Origin: an uncultured Acidimicrobiales bacterium
GTDB taxonomy: Bacteria > Actinomycetota > Acidimicrobiia > Acidimicrobiales > VFJN01
Assembly: GCA_963842395.1 (NCBI GenBank)
Contig: CAWJGJ010000001.1
Location: forward strand, 2,922,889-2,986,888
Reading direction: 5' to 3'
DNA length: 64,000 nucleotides
In this document: one piece after another, positions 9,539 to 20,943 of the stretch
Position numbering within the stretch: the first letter of the stretch is position 1
Layout: every line of letters starts with the position of its first letter
Translations under genes and position numbers: made by a program
Notes under the pieces: model-generated
Database searches by the model: none
What the model saw: only the letters and a program-made list of their open reading frames with translations
Told to the model about the DNA's origin: nothing

Positions 9539-10825
9539 TCACCCGTCGATGGCGATGGGGAGGTGGCGTGGCCCGCGGACCTGGCCGGGGGACCAGGTCA
9601 CGGCGTCCGGGTCGGCCAGCGAGAAGCGCGGGTAGCGCGCCAGCCACGCCTCCAGCGCCACCCGCAGCTCCATGCGGGCCAGGTGGGAGCCCAGGCACCG
9701 GTGGATGCCGAGGCCGAAGGCCGAGTGCCGGTTGACCTCGCGGTCGATGACGACCTGATCGGCGTCCTCGAACATCTCCGGGTCGCGGTTCGCCGCCGGG
9801 AACGACAGGAGGATCCAGTCGTCCGCCTTCATCGGGCAGCCGTTGAAGTCCATGTCGTCCTTGACCAGGCGGGCCATGGTGACGGGCGCGTAGGCCCGCA
9901 ACAGCTCCTCCATGGCCGTGGGCACCAGCTCCGGCTCGGCCACCAGGCGCTCGCGGTCGGCGGGCGTGCGGGCCAGGTGCCACAGCGACGACCCGATGGC
10001 GCTCCAGGTCGTGTCGATGCCGGCCAGCAGCAGCAGCGCCATGGTGCCGCCGATGTGGAAGGGGCTGAGCTTGACGCCGTCCATCTCGGCGTCGATGAGG
10101 AAGGACGTCAGGTCGTCCCGCGGGTTGGCGACGTGGTCCTCGATCTGGGTGCTGAGGTAGGTGAACAGCGCCTCCATGCCGACGATCCGGGTCTCGAACG
10201 GCTTGTTCACCCCTTCGAGCACGTCGTGGACGAAGACCCGGAAGGCGTCGGCGTCCTCGCGGGGGAACCCGAGCATGTCGGCGATGACCCGCACCGGGAT
10301 GTGCTGGGCGTACTCGCCCGCCGCGTCGACCACGTCGCGCCCCTCGAGGGCGTCGAGCAACTCGTCGCAGTAGGCCCGGGCGGCCGGCTCGAGCCGGGCG
10401 ATGGCCTGGGGCGCGAACGCCGGGAGCAGCAGGCGACGGGCGCCGTGGTGGAACGGCGGGTCGGACGAGATGGGCGGCGCGCCGCCCATCGGCGCGATCT
10501 CCCGCGGCGGGCGGTAGTTGCCCATGATGATGGCCCGCGACGAGAAGCGATCGGTGTCGTAGGCGATGGCGGCGACGTCCTCGTGGCGGGTGGGCAGCCA
10601 GGCGCCGCCGTAGCGGTCGGTGTGGGCGACGGGGCAGCGTTCGCGCAGGTCGTCGATGATCGGGTACGGGTCGGCCGCCCAGACCTCGTTGGTGTGGTCG
10701 AAGTCGGTGGCCCAGTCGGACACCGGGCCGTCCATGGGATCGAACTGGATGCCGGGGGCGACGGTGAATTGCTCCTCGACGGGGGTGGCGAACCGCTCGT
10801 CGGCCGAGCGCTCGTCGGTGCTCAC
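9539..10825 (-). CDS. cytochrome P450
   Basis: 428 aa from GTG 10825. I-helix AGIDTT, EELLR, and heme loop FGLGIHRCLGSHLA. The start overlaps the ferredoxin stop in a GTGA arrangement. Confidence 0.9.
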   Translation of the reverse strand: MSTDERSADERFATPVEEQFTVAPGIQFDPMDGPVSDWATDFDHTNEVWAADPYPIIDDLRERCPVAHTDRYGGAWLPTRHEDVAAIAYDTDRFSSRAIIMGNYRPPREIAPMGGAPPISSDPPFHHGARRLLLPAFAPQAIARLEPAARAYCDELLDALEGRDVVDAAGEYAQHIPVRVIADMLGFPREDADAFRVFVHDVLEGVNKPFETRIVGMEALFTYLSTQIEDHVANPRDDLTSFLIDAEMDGVKLSPFHIGGTMALLLLAGIDTTWSAIGSSLWHLARTPADRERLVAEPELVPTAMEELLRAYAPVTMARLVKDDMDFNGCPMKADDWILLSFPAANRDPEMFEDADQVVIDREVNRHSAFGLGIHRCLGSHLARMELRVALEAWLARYPRFSLADPDAVTWSPGQVRGPRHLPIAIDG

Positions 10826-11022
10826 GGATCCTCCTCGATGGTGATCGCCCGTTCCGGGCAGTTCAGGACGGCCTTGCGGGCCGCGTCCTCGAGGCCCGGG
10901 GCGACGGTGCCGTCGCCGATCTCGAGCCCGTTGCCGAGCTCGTCGGGCTCGAACACCTCGGGCGCCAGGCTGTAGCAGCGGCCGTGGCCCTGGCAGATCT
11001 CCTGGTCGACGTGCACCCTCAT
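10822..11022 (-). CDS. ferredoxin (single-cluster, P450 redox partner)
   Basis: 66 aa from ATG 11022 with GGGAGG 6 nt upstream. Motif CQGHGRC...CP. Stop overlaps the P450 start. Confidence 0.85.
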   Translation of the reverse strand: MRVHVDQEICQGHGRCYSLAPEVFEPDELGNGLEIGDGTVAPGLEDAARKAVLNCPERAITIEEDP

Positions 11023-11152
11023 GTCGCACCTCCCGCGCATGGCGCCGCCGGACGGGCGCCGAGGCCGCCACTATTCGCCACCGACCGGCGGCCGGACCAC
11101 CGCGAGCAGGATAACGAGCATTCTCGAGATCGCGAGCGCCGACGGCGCGCCG

Positions 11153-12181
11153 TTACTCGGAAGGGTCGGCTTCGAGGCGGGTGGGCAGGCCGAACTCGGG
11201 GAACAGCTCGGGGTACAGGAAGTTGTGGTGGCCCACGATCTTGCCGTCCGCCACCTCGATGACCTGGATGGCCCACGGCTCCCACACGCCGGGGCCGACG
11301 CGGTGGTAGTTGCCGAAGCCCGCCGTGCCGTTGACCTGCACCGGCAGCAGCCGACCGCCCTCGCACACCTTGCCCTCGCCCAGGAACCAGGCGGCCAGGT
11401 CGTCGGGTCCAACCAGCCAGATGTCCCACGGGGGCATGGACAGCACGACGTCGTCGCGCAGCAGCGTGACCAGCTCGGGGATGTCGTAGCGCTCGAAGGC
11501 GTCGACGTAGCGGGCCAGCAGTTGTTCCTGCCCGGGGTCGACGGTGGGGTCGAGTGCGTCACCCTGCAGGCTCGCCATCGTGGCCCGGGCCCGCTGGAGC
11601 GCGCTGTTGACCGAGGCCACCGACGTCTCGAGCAGCTCGGCCACCTCGGACGCATGCCAGCGCAGCACCTCGCACAGGATGAGCACCGCCCGCTGCCGGG
11701 CCGGCAGGTGCTGGAGCGCGGCGACGAACGCCAGCCGGATCGACTCGCGGGCCGCGGCCACGTCGGCCGGGTCGCCATCGAGCGTGATCACCCGCTCGTC
11801 GGCCACGGGCTGCACGAAGGCGTGCTCGCCCCGCTGGTCGCCGAGCACCACGTCGACGGTGGCCGTGGACGGGCCCATCTCCATCGGCCGGGCCCGCCGC
11901 TGGGGGCTGCGCACCATGTCGATGCACACGTTGCCGGCGATGCGGTACAGCCACGAGCGCAGCGACGACCGGCCCTCGAAGCGGTCGATGGCCCGCCAGG
12001 CGCGCACCATCGTCTCCTGCACCGCGTCCTCGGCCTCGGAGCCCGCGCCCAGCATGCGGTAGCAGAAGCCGGTCAGCTCGCGCCGGTGGGTGGCGAGAGC
12101 CTGCTCGAGTTCGATGCCGGCGGGCGACGCCGGGGTGGCGGGCGAGGTCGTCCCGCCCTCGGCCAGAGGTGAGGAAGGCAC
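11153..12181 (-). CDS. RNA polymerase sigma-70 family factor with SnoaL-like C-terminal domain (TIGR02960/SigG-J type)
   Basis: 342 aa from GTG 12181. Region 2 DAVQETMVRAWRAIDRFEGRSSLRSWLYRIAGNVCID, region 4 LPARQRAVLILCEVLRWHASEVAELLETSVASVNSALQRAR, plus a long C-terminal extension. Confidence 0.85.
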   Translation of the reverse strand: MPSSPLAEGGTTSPATPASPAGIELEQALATHRRELTGFCYRMLGAGSEAEDAVQETMVRAWRAIDRFEGRSSLRSWLYRIAGNVCIDMVRSPQRRARPMEMGPSTATVDVVLGDQRGEHAFVQPVADERVITLDGDPADVAAARESIRLAFVAALQHLPARQRAVLILCEVLRWHASEVAELLETSVASVNSALQRARATMASLQGDALDPTVDPGQEQLLARYVDAFERYDIPELVTLLRDDVVLSMPPWDIWLVGPDDLAAWFLGEGKVCEGGRLLPVQVNGTAGFGNYHRVGPGVWEPWAIQVIEVADGKIVGHHNFLYPELFPEFGLPTRLEADPSE

Positions 12182-12248
12182 CTGACCGAGGCTACCCGGG
12201 GACCGGCCGCCGTCGCGCGGGGCGGCACGGGCCCTAGCATCCTCGGCG

Positions 12249-13505
12249 ATGGACCCCGACAGCTCAGCGTCGAGCGCCGAGGCGATCGCGGCGGCGGCAC
12301 GGCGGGTGGCGGCGGTGGTGCGGCGCACCCCGCTCGAACCCAGCGACCGACTGGCCGGCACGCTCGGCGTCCCCGTGCTGCTCAAGCGCGAGGACATCCA
12401 GGTGTGCCGCTCGTACAAGGTGCGCGGCGCCTACAACCTCATCTCCTCGCTCGGCGCCGCCGAGCGCGCCCGCGGCGTGGTGTGTGCCAGCGCCGGCAAC
12501 CACGGCCAGGGCCTGGCCTACGCCTGCGCCGCCCTCGGCATCGCCGGCAAGGTGTTCCTGCCGGCCAACACGCCCCGGCAGAAGCGCCAGCGCATCGCCG
12601 CCCTGGGCGGCCGGTGGGTCGAGCCGGTGGTGATCGGCAGCTCCTACGACGAGGCCAGCGCCGCCGCCCACCTCGACTGCGAGCGCTCGGGCGCGGTGTA
12701 CGTCCACCCCTTCGACGACCCGCGCACCATCGCCGGGCAGGGCACGGTCGCCGTCGAGATCGCCGAGCAGGCGCCCGACCTCGACACCGTCGTGATCCCC
12801 GTCGGGGGCGGCGGGCTGGCGGCCGGCGTCGCCCTGTGGTTCCGCCACCACCGCCCCGAGGTGCGGCTGGTGGGCGCCGAGCCGGCGGGTGCGGCCAGCA
12901 TGACCGCCGCCCTGGCCGCCGGGGGGCCGGTCTCGCTCGACGACGTCGACACGTTCGTGGACGGCGCGGCGGTGGGACGCGTGGGGGCCCTCACCTACCC
13001 GGTGGTGCGCGACCTGCTCGACGAGGTGGTCACCGTGCCCGAGGGGGCGGTGTGCACCGAGATGCTGGACCTGTACCAGTCCGAGGGTGTCATCGCCGAG
13101 CCGGCCGGGGCGCTGGCCTCCGCCGCCGCCCGAGGCTCCCTCGGCCGCCCGCCCGAGGGGCCGGTGGCGTGCATCGTCTCGGGCGGCAACAACGACGTCA
13201 GCCGCTACGCGGAGATCGTGGAGCGGTCGCTGCTGCACGAGGGCCTGCGCCACTACTTCCTCGTCACGTTCCCCCAGGAGCCCGGCGCCCTGCGCCACTT
13301 CCTCGACGAGGTGCTCGACCAGGGCGAGGACATCGTGCTGTTCGAGTACGTGAAGAAGAACAACCGCGAGACCGGCCCCGCGCTGGTGGGCATCGAGCTC
13401 GACGGCGCCGACGATCTCGACGGGCTGCTCAAGCGGATGGAGGACAGCCCCCTGCACATCGACCGGGTGCCCCCCGGCTCGCCCCTGTTCTCGTTCCTGC
13501 TCTAG
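12249..13505 (+). CDS. ilvA: threonine ammonia-lyase (threonine dehydratase)
   Basis: 418-aa ORF. PLP lysine motif CRSYKVRGA, glycine loop GGGGL, and one C-terminal regulatory domain. Confidence 0.9.
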   Translation: MDPDSSASSAEAIAAAARRVAAVVRRTPLEPSDRLAGTLGVPVLLKREDIQVCRSYKVRGAYNLISSLGAAERARGVVCASAGNHGQGLAYACAALGIAGKVFLPANTPRQKRQRIAALGGRWVEPVVIGSSYDEASAAAHLDCERSGAVYVHPFDDPRTIAGQGTVAVEIAEQAPDLDTVVIPVGGGGLAAGVALWFRHHRPEVRLVGAEPAGAASMTAALAAGGPVSLDDVDTFVDGAAVGRVGALTYPVVRDLLDEVVTVPEGAVCTEMLDLYQSEGVIAEPAGALASAAARGSLGRPPEGPVACIVSGGNNDVSRYAEIVERSLLHEGLRHYFLVTFPQEPGALRHFLDEVLDQGEDIVLFEYVKKNNRETGPALVGIELDGADDLDGLLKRMEDSPLHIDRVPPGSPLFSFLL

Positions 13506-13713
13506 TTCGCAAATGCGCGTGGCGTCGCGGCGGGTCCCGGCTACCGTCGCCCGCCATGCGCACCCGACGACTCAGCTCGATGCTGCGGCCCCACCCGGGG
13601 CCGGTCGCGCGCGTGCCGCAGTAGCGATCCGTTCGACCCCGGAGGCGTCTCCCGGGGTCACGATCGTGCGACGACGGGTGGCCCCCGGGGTGAGGCACCA
13701 GGAGGCCCTCGCC

Positions 13714-15202
13714 ATGACCACCACCTACGTCACCGTCGCCATCCCCTTCGTCAACGCCGCGCCCCACCTGGGGTACGCCTACGAGCTCGTCCTCGCCGAC
13801 GTCTACGCCCGCTCCCGCCGGTCCGCCGGCGACCGGGTGCGGTTCCTCGGCGGCACCGACGACCACTCGCTCAAGAACGTGCTCGCCGCCGAGGCGGCCG
13901 GCCTGCCCACCCGCGCCTTCGTCGACCGCCACGCCGCCCGCTTCCAGGCCCTGGCCGACCCGCTGGCGCTGACGTTCGACGACTTCCTCCGCACCAGCGC
14001 CGACCCCCGCCACCGGCCAGCGGTCGAACGGCTGTGGCTGGCCTGCCGCGACCGCGGCGACCTCTACCGGCGGCCCTACGAGGGCGACTACTGCGTCGGC
14101 TGCGAGCAGTTCTACGGGCCGGACGAGCTGGTGGACGGGCGGTGCCCCGAGCACGGCACCGCCACCGAGCGGGTGGCCGAGGACAACTGGTTCTTCCGCC
14201 TGTCCCGCTACCAGCACCACCTGGACGAGCTGATCAGCACGGACCGGCTGGCGGTGCGACCCGAGCCGTTCCGCCGCGAGGTGCTCGCCTTCGTGCGCCG
14301 GGGCCTCGCCGACATCAGCGTCTCCCGGTCGGTGGCGCGGGCCCGGGGCTGGGGCATCCCGGTGCCCGGCGATCCCGGGCAGGTCGTGTACGTGTGGATC
14401 GACGCCCTGGCCAACTACGTGAGCGCCCTCGGCTACGGCAGCCCCGACCACCCCGACCACGACACCTGGTGGACGGGCGCCGACCGGCGCGTCCACGTGG
14501 TGGGCAAGGGCATCCTGCGGTTCCACGCCGTGTACTGGCCGGCACTGCTGGCGTCGGCGGGCGAGCACCCGCCGACCCGCATCCAGGTCCACCCCTACCT
14601 CACCGCGGGGGGCGCCAAGCTGGCCAAGTCGGCGGGCACCGCCCTCGACCCCGTCTCGGTGGTCGACGCCTACGGCACCGATGCGCTGCGCTGGTGGTTC
14701 GCCCGGGACGTGGGCGCGGTGGCCGACACCGACTACTCGCCGGACCGGCTGGTGGCGCGGGCCAACGACGACCTGGCCAACGCCCTCGGCAACGTCACCA
14801 ACCGCATCGTCACCCTGGTGCATCGCCACCGCGGCGGGGTCGTCCCCGCTGCCCGGCGGCCGGCCCGGCGGCGTGGTGGCCGCGGTCGCCGGGTTGGAGG
14901 CGGAGGTCCGGGACGCCATCGCCGCCTTCGACCTCCGCCGCGCCGCCCGGCACGTGGCCGAGGCCGTCGCCGCCCTCAACCGCGACCTCGAGGAGACCCG
15001 TCCGTGGGCGGTCGCCCGGGACCCGGGCCGGGCCGCCGACCTCGACACCCTGCTGGCGTGCCACGTCGCCACGGCCCGGTGCATCGCCACGGCGGCGGCG
15101 CCCATCGTCCCCGACCTGTCCGGGCACCTGCTCGACCGCCTGCGCGGCACGCCCCGCCTGCCGGCTCCCGCGCCGGCGTTCGCCCGCCTGGAGGCGGGCT
15201 GA
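13714..15202 (+). pseudogene. metG: methionine--tRNA ligase, reading frame broken at 14844-14848 (probably a sequence error)
   Basis: ATG 13714 with AGGAGG 8 nt upstream. Motifs PHLGYAY (HIGH-like), zinc knuckle CVGCEQ...CPEHG and KLAKS (KMSKS-like). Frame 1 ends ...TLVHRHRGGVVP. The anticodon-binding part (LPGGRPGGVVAAVAGLEAEVRDAIAAFDLRRAARHV...) continues from 14849 one base out of frame to TGA 15202. The extra base lies in the CCCC run 14844-14847. Confidence 0.8.
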
Positions 15203-15295
15203 TCGGCGCGCCGACCCGGGCTGACGCCCCGCGGTCGACCGTGCGCCGAAGCGGACGCCCGCGCCCGCCTAGCATCCAGCGCCGGGAGGGAAGCC

Positions 15296-15973
15296 ATGCC
15301 GTCCAAGTCCCCAACCAGCCCCCGTCCGGTGGACGAACACCGCCCGCTGCGCGACGTCGTGTGCGACGCCATCCGCGACAGCATCGCCTCGGGTGCGCAT
15401 CGCCCCGGCGACCGACTGGTCGAGGACCGGCTGGCCGACGAGCTGGGGGTCTCCCGCAACCCCGTGCGCGAGGCGCTGCGCGCGCTCGAGGTCGAGGGGT
15501 ACGTCGAGCTCATCCCCCGCCGGGGCGCGATCGTGGCCGACCTCTCCCCCGCGGTCGTGGCCGAGATCTTCGAGGTCCGCGGCGCGCTCGAGGCCCTCGG
15601 CGCCCGGCTGGCCGCCGAGCGGGCCACCCCCACCCAGGTGCGGCGGCTGGAACGCCTCCTCGACACGTCCGACCACTCGCTCAAGCGCGGCGACCTGCGC
15701 CGGATGCCCGACCTCAACACCCGCTTCCACGGCCTGATCCTCGACATGGGCGGCAACGCGCTGCTGGGCGAGACCATGGCGCCGCTGCGGGGCCGCACCC
15801 AGTGGATCTTCAGCCGCACCGTCGACGAACGCGCCGCGCAGTCGCTGGCCGAGCACCGCGGGCTGGCCCACGCCATCGCCGCCGGCGACGGCGACGGCGC
15901 CGCCGCCCTGGCCGCCGCCCACGTGGCGGCGGCCCACCGGTCGTACCTGGCCGACACCGCAGCCAGCGCCTGA
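15296..15973 (+). CDS. GntR family transcriptional regulator (FadR/FCD subfamily)
   Basis: 225-aa ORF. wHTH LADELGVSRNPVREALRALEVEGYV, followed by an all-helical FCD-type domain. Confidence 0.9.
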   Translation: MPSKSPTSPRPVDEHRPLRDVVCDAIRDSIASGAHRPGDRLVEDRLADELGVSRNPVREALRALEVEGYVELIPRRGAIVADLSPAVVAEIFEVRGALEALGARLAAERATPTQVRRLERLLDTSDHSLKRGDLRRMPDLNTRFHGLILDMGGNALLGETMAPLRGRTQWIFSRTVDERAAQSLAEHRGLAHAIAAGDGDGAAALAAAHVAAAHRSYLADTAASA

Positions 15974-15983
15974 CCGGTCGCTC

Positions 15984-15991
15984 TGTATACA
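15984..15991. promoter_or_regulatory. candidate GntR operator (TGTATACA palindrome)
   Basis: Perfect 8-bp palindrome in the 26-bp spacer between the GntR stop (15973) and the TauE start (16000). It fits the GntR-family GT-N-AC core. Confidence 0.4.
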
Positions 15992-15999
15992 ATCTCGCT

Positions 16000-16875
16000 G
16001 TGGCAGATGCGTCACCCCCGCTCGACACGGCGGTGCGGTCCCACCAGCGATGGGGCCGGATCGTGGTGGTGGGCGTCATCGCCGGGTTCACCTCGGGGCT
16101 GTTCGGCGTCGGCGGCGGCATTGTCATCGTCCCGACGCTCGTGCTGGTGGCGGCGTTCCCCCACAAGCTGGCCACCGGGACGTCGCTCACCGCCATCGTG
16201 CCGATCTCGGTGGCGGGGATCGTCGGCTACGCCACCGCGGGCCAGGTCGACTGGGCGGCGGCCGCATGCGTGGCGGCCGGCGCCGTCGTAGGTGCGGTGG
16301 CCGGCACCCGCTGGCTGGTGATGCTCAGCACGCCCCTCCTCCAGCGCGGCTTCGCGGTGGCCATGCTGCTCACCGCAGCCAAGCTGTTCTTCGACGACGG
16401 CAGCGGCGCCGGGCGGGCCGACCTGAGCACGAGCATGGTCCTGGCGCTGGTGGCGCTCGGCCTGGCCTCGGGCCTGCTCGCCGGGCTGCTCGGCGTCGGC
16501 GGGGGCATCATCATCGTGCCGGTCCTCACGCTGGCGTTCGGGCTGCCGCTGGTGCTGGCCAAGGGGACGTCGCTGGCCGTGATCCTGCCGACGGCGGTCA
16601 TCGGCACGGTGCGCAACCGGCGGTCACGGCTGACCGCCATCCGCCCCGCCGCGGTGGTGGGGATGGCCGGCATCGGCTCGGCCTACGTGGCGTCCAAGCT
16701 CTCGATCGGCCTCGACCCGGCCGTGTCGCAGACCCTCTTCGCCGGCCTGCTCGTGGTGGCGGCGCTGCGCCTGGTCCGCACGGACGGCCGGCCCGACCTG
16801 CGCCCCGCCGAGGCGCCCGGGACACCGGCCACGGACGACGACGAGCTCCCGGTCGCCGAGTCCGGCGAGGCGTGA
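16000..16875 (+). CDS. sulfite exporter TauE/SafE family membrane protein
   Basis: 291 aa from GTG 16000. Duplicated GVGGGI(V/I)IVP motif and 7-8 TM helices. Confidence 0.85.
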   Translation: MADASPPLDTAVRSHQRWGRIVVVGVIAGFTSGLFGVGGGIVIVPTLVLVAAFPHKLATGTSLTAIVPISVAGIVGYATAGQVDWAAAACVAAGAVVGAVAGTRWLVMLSTPLLQRGFAVAMLLTAAKLFFDDGSGAGRADLSTSMVLALVALGLASGLLAGLLGVGGGIIIVPVLTLAFGLPLVLAKGTSLAVILPTAVIGTVRNRRSRLTAIRPAAVVGMAGIGSAYVASKLSIGLDPAVSQTLFAGLLVVAALRLVRTDGRPDLRPAEAPGTPATDDDELPVAESGEA

Positions 16876-16942
16876 TCCCGGCGGCTGGGGCCTGACCGGT
16901 CCCGCCGTCGCGCGGCGGGACCGGAACGGCACCCCGGCCGGG

Positions 16943-17845
16943 TCACGACTCGGTGATCGTCACCTTCTCGACGGTCACCGGGCGGGACGGGCCCCCACCC
17001 AGCTGGCTGGTGGGATCGGCCTCGTGCAGGGCCATGATCGCCTCGAGCACGTCGAGGCCCTCGGTGACGTTGCCGAAGGTCACGTAGGTGCCCTGCGCGT
17101 CGAGGTTGCTGACGTTCTCGTCCACGCTGAAGAAGTACTGGGCGGAGCCGCCGTCGGGCCCCTGGCTGCGGGCCATGATGAGCTGGCCCGGCCCGTAGGT
17201 GAACGGCCCGGTCGGGGCCTGCGGGTTCGAGAAGTCGAACTCGCCGCCCTCGTCGGGGAGCGAGTAGCCCGGGCCCTCGTCGGACGGGTCGTTCGAGTGC
17301 GGCGAGCCGCCCTGGATGATGCCGATGCTCGGGTCGGTGCGGAACAGCTCGCTGCCGTCGTAGTAGAGGTTGCGCGACAGCGCCACGAAGTTGTTGGTGG
17401 TGCCCGGGGTGCGCTCGGTGTCCAGCTCGACGACGATGTCGCCCTCGCTCGTGGTGAACGTCGCCGTGTAGCTGAGCGCCGGGTCGATGCACTGCTCGAA
17501 GGAGTCGTCGAAGGTCAGCGTCGCCGTCTCGGCTCCCTCGGCCGGCGGGCAGGCGGTGGTGCCGTACGTGAACTCGCCCGACCCGTCGTCGGTCGCGGCC
17601 GGATCGTCGGCGGCCGCATCGTCGCCCGCGTCGGTCGCGGTGTCGTCGGAGTCCTCGCCCATGAGCCGCGAGACCCCGAAGAGCAGGGCCAGGATCACCC
17701 CGGCCGCGACCACGATCCGTACCGCCGTACCCCGGGTGCGCTGTCGCTTGGCGGCCGACGCCTCGGCGACCGTTTTCTCCAGCCGGGCGAGTCTCTGACG
17801 CTCTCGCTTGTCTGTTGCCACGAAGAGTTGAGGGTAGTCATCCAC
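16943..17845 (-). CDS. membrane-anchored cyclophilin-type peptidylprolyl isomerase
   Basis: 300-aa ORF. Basic N-terminus plus TM segment, acidic linker, and cyclophilin core TPGTTNNFVALSRNLYYDGSELFR...IIQGG. Both candidate starts are GTG (17845 or 17821). Confidence 0.85.
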   Translation of the reverse strand: MDDYPQLFVATDKRERQRLARLEKTVAEASAAKRQRTRGTAVRIVVAAGVILALLFGVSRLMGEDSDDTATDAGDDAAADDPAATDDGSGEFTYGTTACPPAEGAETATLTFDDSFEQCIDPALSYTATFTTSEGDIVVELDTERTPGTTNNFVALSRNLYYDGSELFRTDPSIGIIQGGSPHSNDPSDEGPGYSLPDEGGEFDFSNPQAPTGPFTYGPGQLIMARSQGPDGGSAQYFFSVDENVSNLDAQGTYVTFGNVTEGLDVLEAIMALHEADPTSQLGGGPSRPVTVEKVTITES

Positions 17846-17978
17846 TGGCCCGTGAGGGCATTCGGGCAGGTCGCACCCACCACGCGTGCGGTTCTGAACT
17901 GCACTCTTCGGGGTCCTACGTGCGACAATGCGTCCCTGAGGCGGTTCCGCACGTGACTCCCATCACCACGAGAACCAA

Positions 17979-18491
17979 ATGGACAACAACAACAACAACC
18001 ATTCAGAAGAAGACACCACGCCGACGAGCGTGACCCTCGAAGTCGGGCGGCGGCTCCGATCGCTCCGCAAGGCACGGCACATGTCGCTCGACGATGTCGA
18101 GCGCCAGTCGTCGGGCCGATGGAGCGCATCGGCGATCGGCGCCTACGAACGCGGCTTCCGCACGCTCAGCCTCCCCCGGCTGCACGAGCTGGCCGAGTTC
18201 TACGACGTCTCCGTGTCGGTGCTGCTCGGTGAGCACACACCGTCCGGTGAGGGTCCGCCCAAGTTGGTGCTCGACCTCGAAGCGCTGAACAAGGTGCCGG
18301 AAGCGGCCCCGGTCCAGCGGTTCGTGCGGTCGATCATCGTCGAGCGCGGCGACTACAACGGGCGGGTGCTGACGATCCGCCGCGACGACCTTCGGGCCAT
18401 CTGCGCACTTCTGCAGACCGATGTCGCGGACGCGGTCGCCAGGCTCGAAGCCTGGGAGGCTCTCGTCGAGAGCCCCTCGACCCTGTCCTGA
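17979..18491 (+). CDS. XRE-family helix-turn-helix transcriptional regulator
   Basis: 170-aa ORF from ATG 17979. HTH GRRLRSLRKARHMSLDDVERQS...SASAIGAYERG. Unusual MDNNNNNH N-terminus. Confidence 0.8.
   Translation: MDNNNNNHSEEDTTPTSVTLEVGRRLRSLRKARHMSLDDVERQSSGRWSASAIGAYERGFRTLSLPRLHELAEFYDVSVSVLLGEHTPSGEGPPKLVLDLEALNKVPEAAPVQRFVRSIIVERGDYNGRVLTIRRDDLRAICALLQTDVADAVARLEAWEALVESPSTLS
17985..17999 (+). repeat. (AAC)5 trinucleotide microsatellite encoding Asn5
   Basis: Read directly as gac aac aac aac aac aac cat, inside a locally AT-rich patch of an otherwise very GC-rich window. Confidence 0.9.
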
Positions 18492-18527
18492 CCCCATCCC
18501 CCTACACATCCGAACACGCAACCCTGG

Positions 18528-18539
18528 CGGGCATGCCCG
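18528..18539. promoter_or_regulatory. 12-bp perfect palindrome CGGGCATGCCCG upstream of lysC
   Basis: Seen about 90 nt upstream of the lysC GTG, directly followed by a nested stem structure (18540-18597). Its function is not established. Confidence 0.3.
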
Positions 18540-18626
18540 GGCGGGCGAGGTAGCTGGGAGACCACTCCGTGGTCCCTCGGGAAGGGCCTCGTCCGCCGCG
18601 CCCGGCCGCCGGTAGGTTGGTGACCC

Positions 18627-20931
<2,305 letters not shown>

Positions 20932-20943
20932 CGGCGCCGGTGG

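Noticed and set aside
13506-13713. Structured 208-nt ilvA-metG spacer considered as a T-box leader for metG. It contains hairpins GGCCCC-ACCC-GGGGCC at 13586-13601 and GACCCCGG-N9-CCGGGGTC at 13634-13658, and a GGGTGGC stretch near 13675.
   Set aside because: Only a weak resemblance to the T-box core (GGGUGGNACCGCG). I could identify no convincing Stem I or specifier loop presenting AUG. The hairpins may simply be the ilvA terminator or GC-rich self-complementarity. An Rfam RF00230 scan would settle it.
13429-15957. 842-aa ORF antisense to metG and the GntR gene. Similar cases include 1126..2598 (+), 3736..5289 (-), 6673..8235 (-), 9002..10975 (+), 18003..19931 (-), 20885..22492 (-) and 23451..25835 (+).
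   Set aside because: Their products are Arg/Pro/Gly/Ala-rich with no motifs. They lie opposite or out of frame to genes with clear family signatures. These are typical shadow ORFs of very GC-rich DNA.
13513-16875. 1120-aa plus-strand ORF. Similar composites are 3699..6161 (820 aa) and 1768..3723 (651 aa).
   Set aside because: Each is a run-on of two real genes through an open, non-coding frame: the metG N-terminal part with TauE, the regulator N-terminus with a hydrolase, and the SDR with upstream nonsense. I split them at internal starts supported by motifs and SD sequences.
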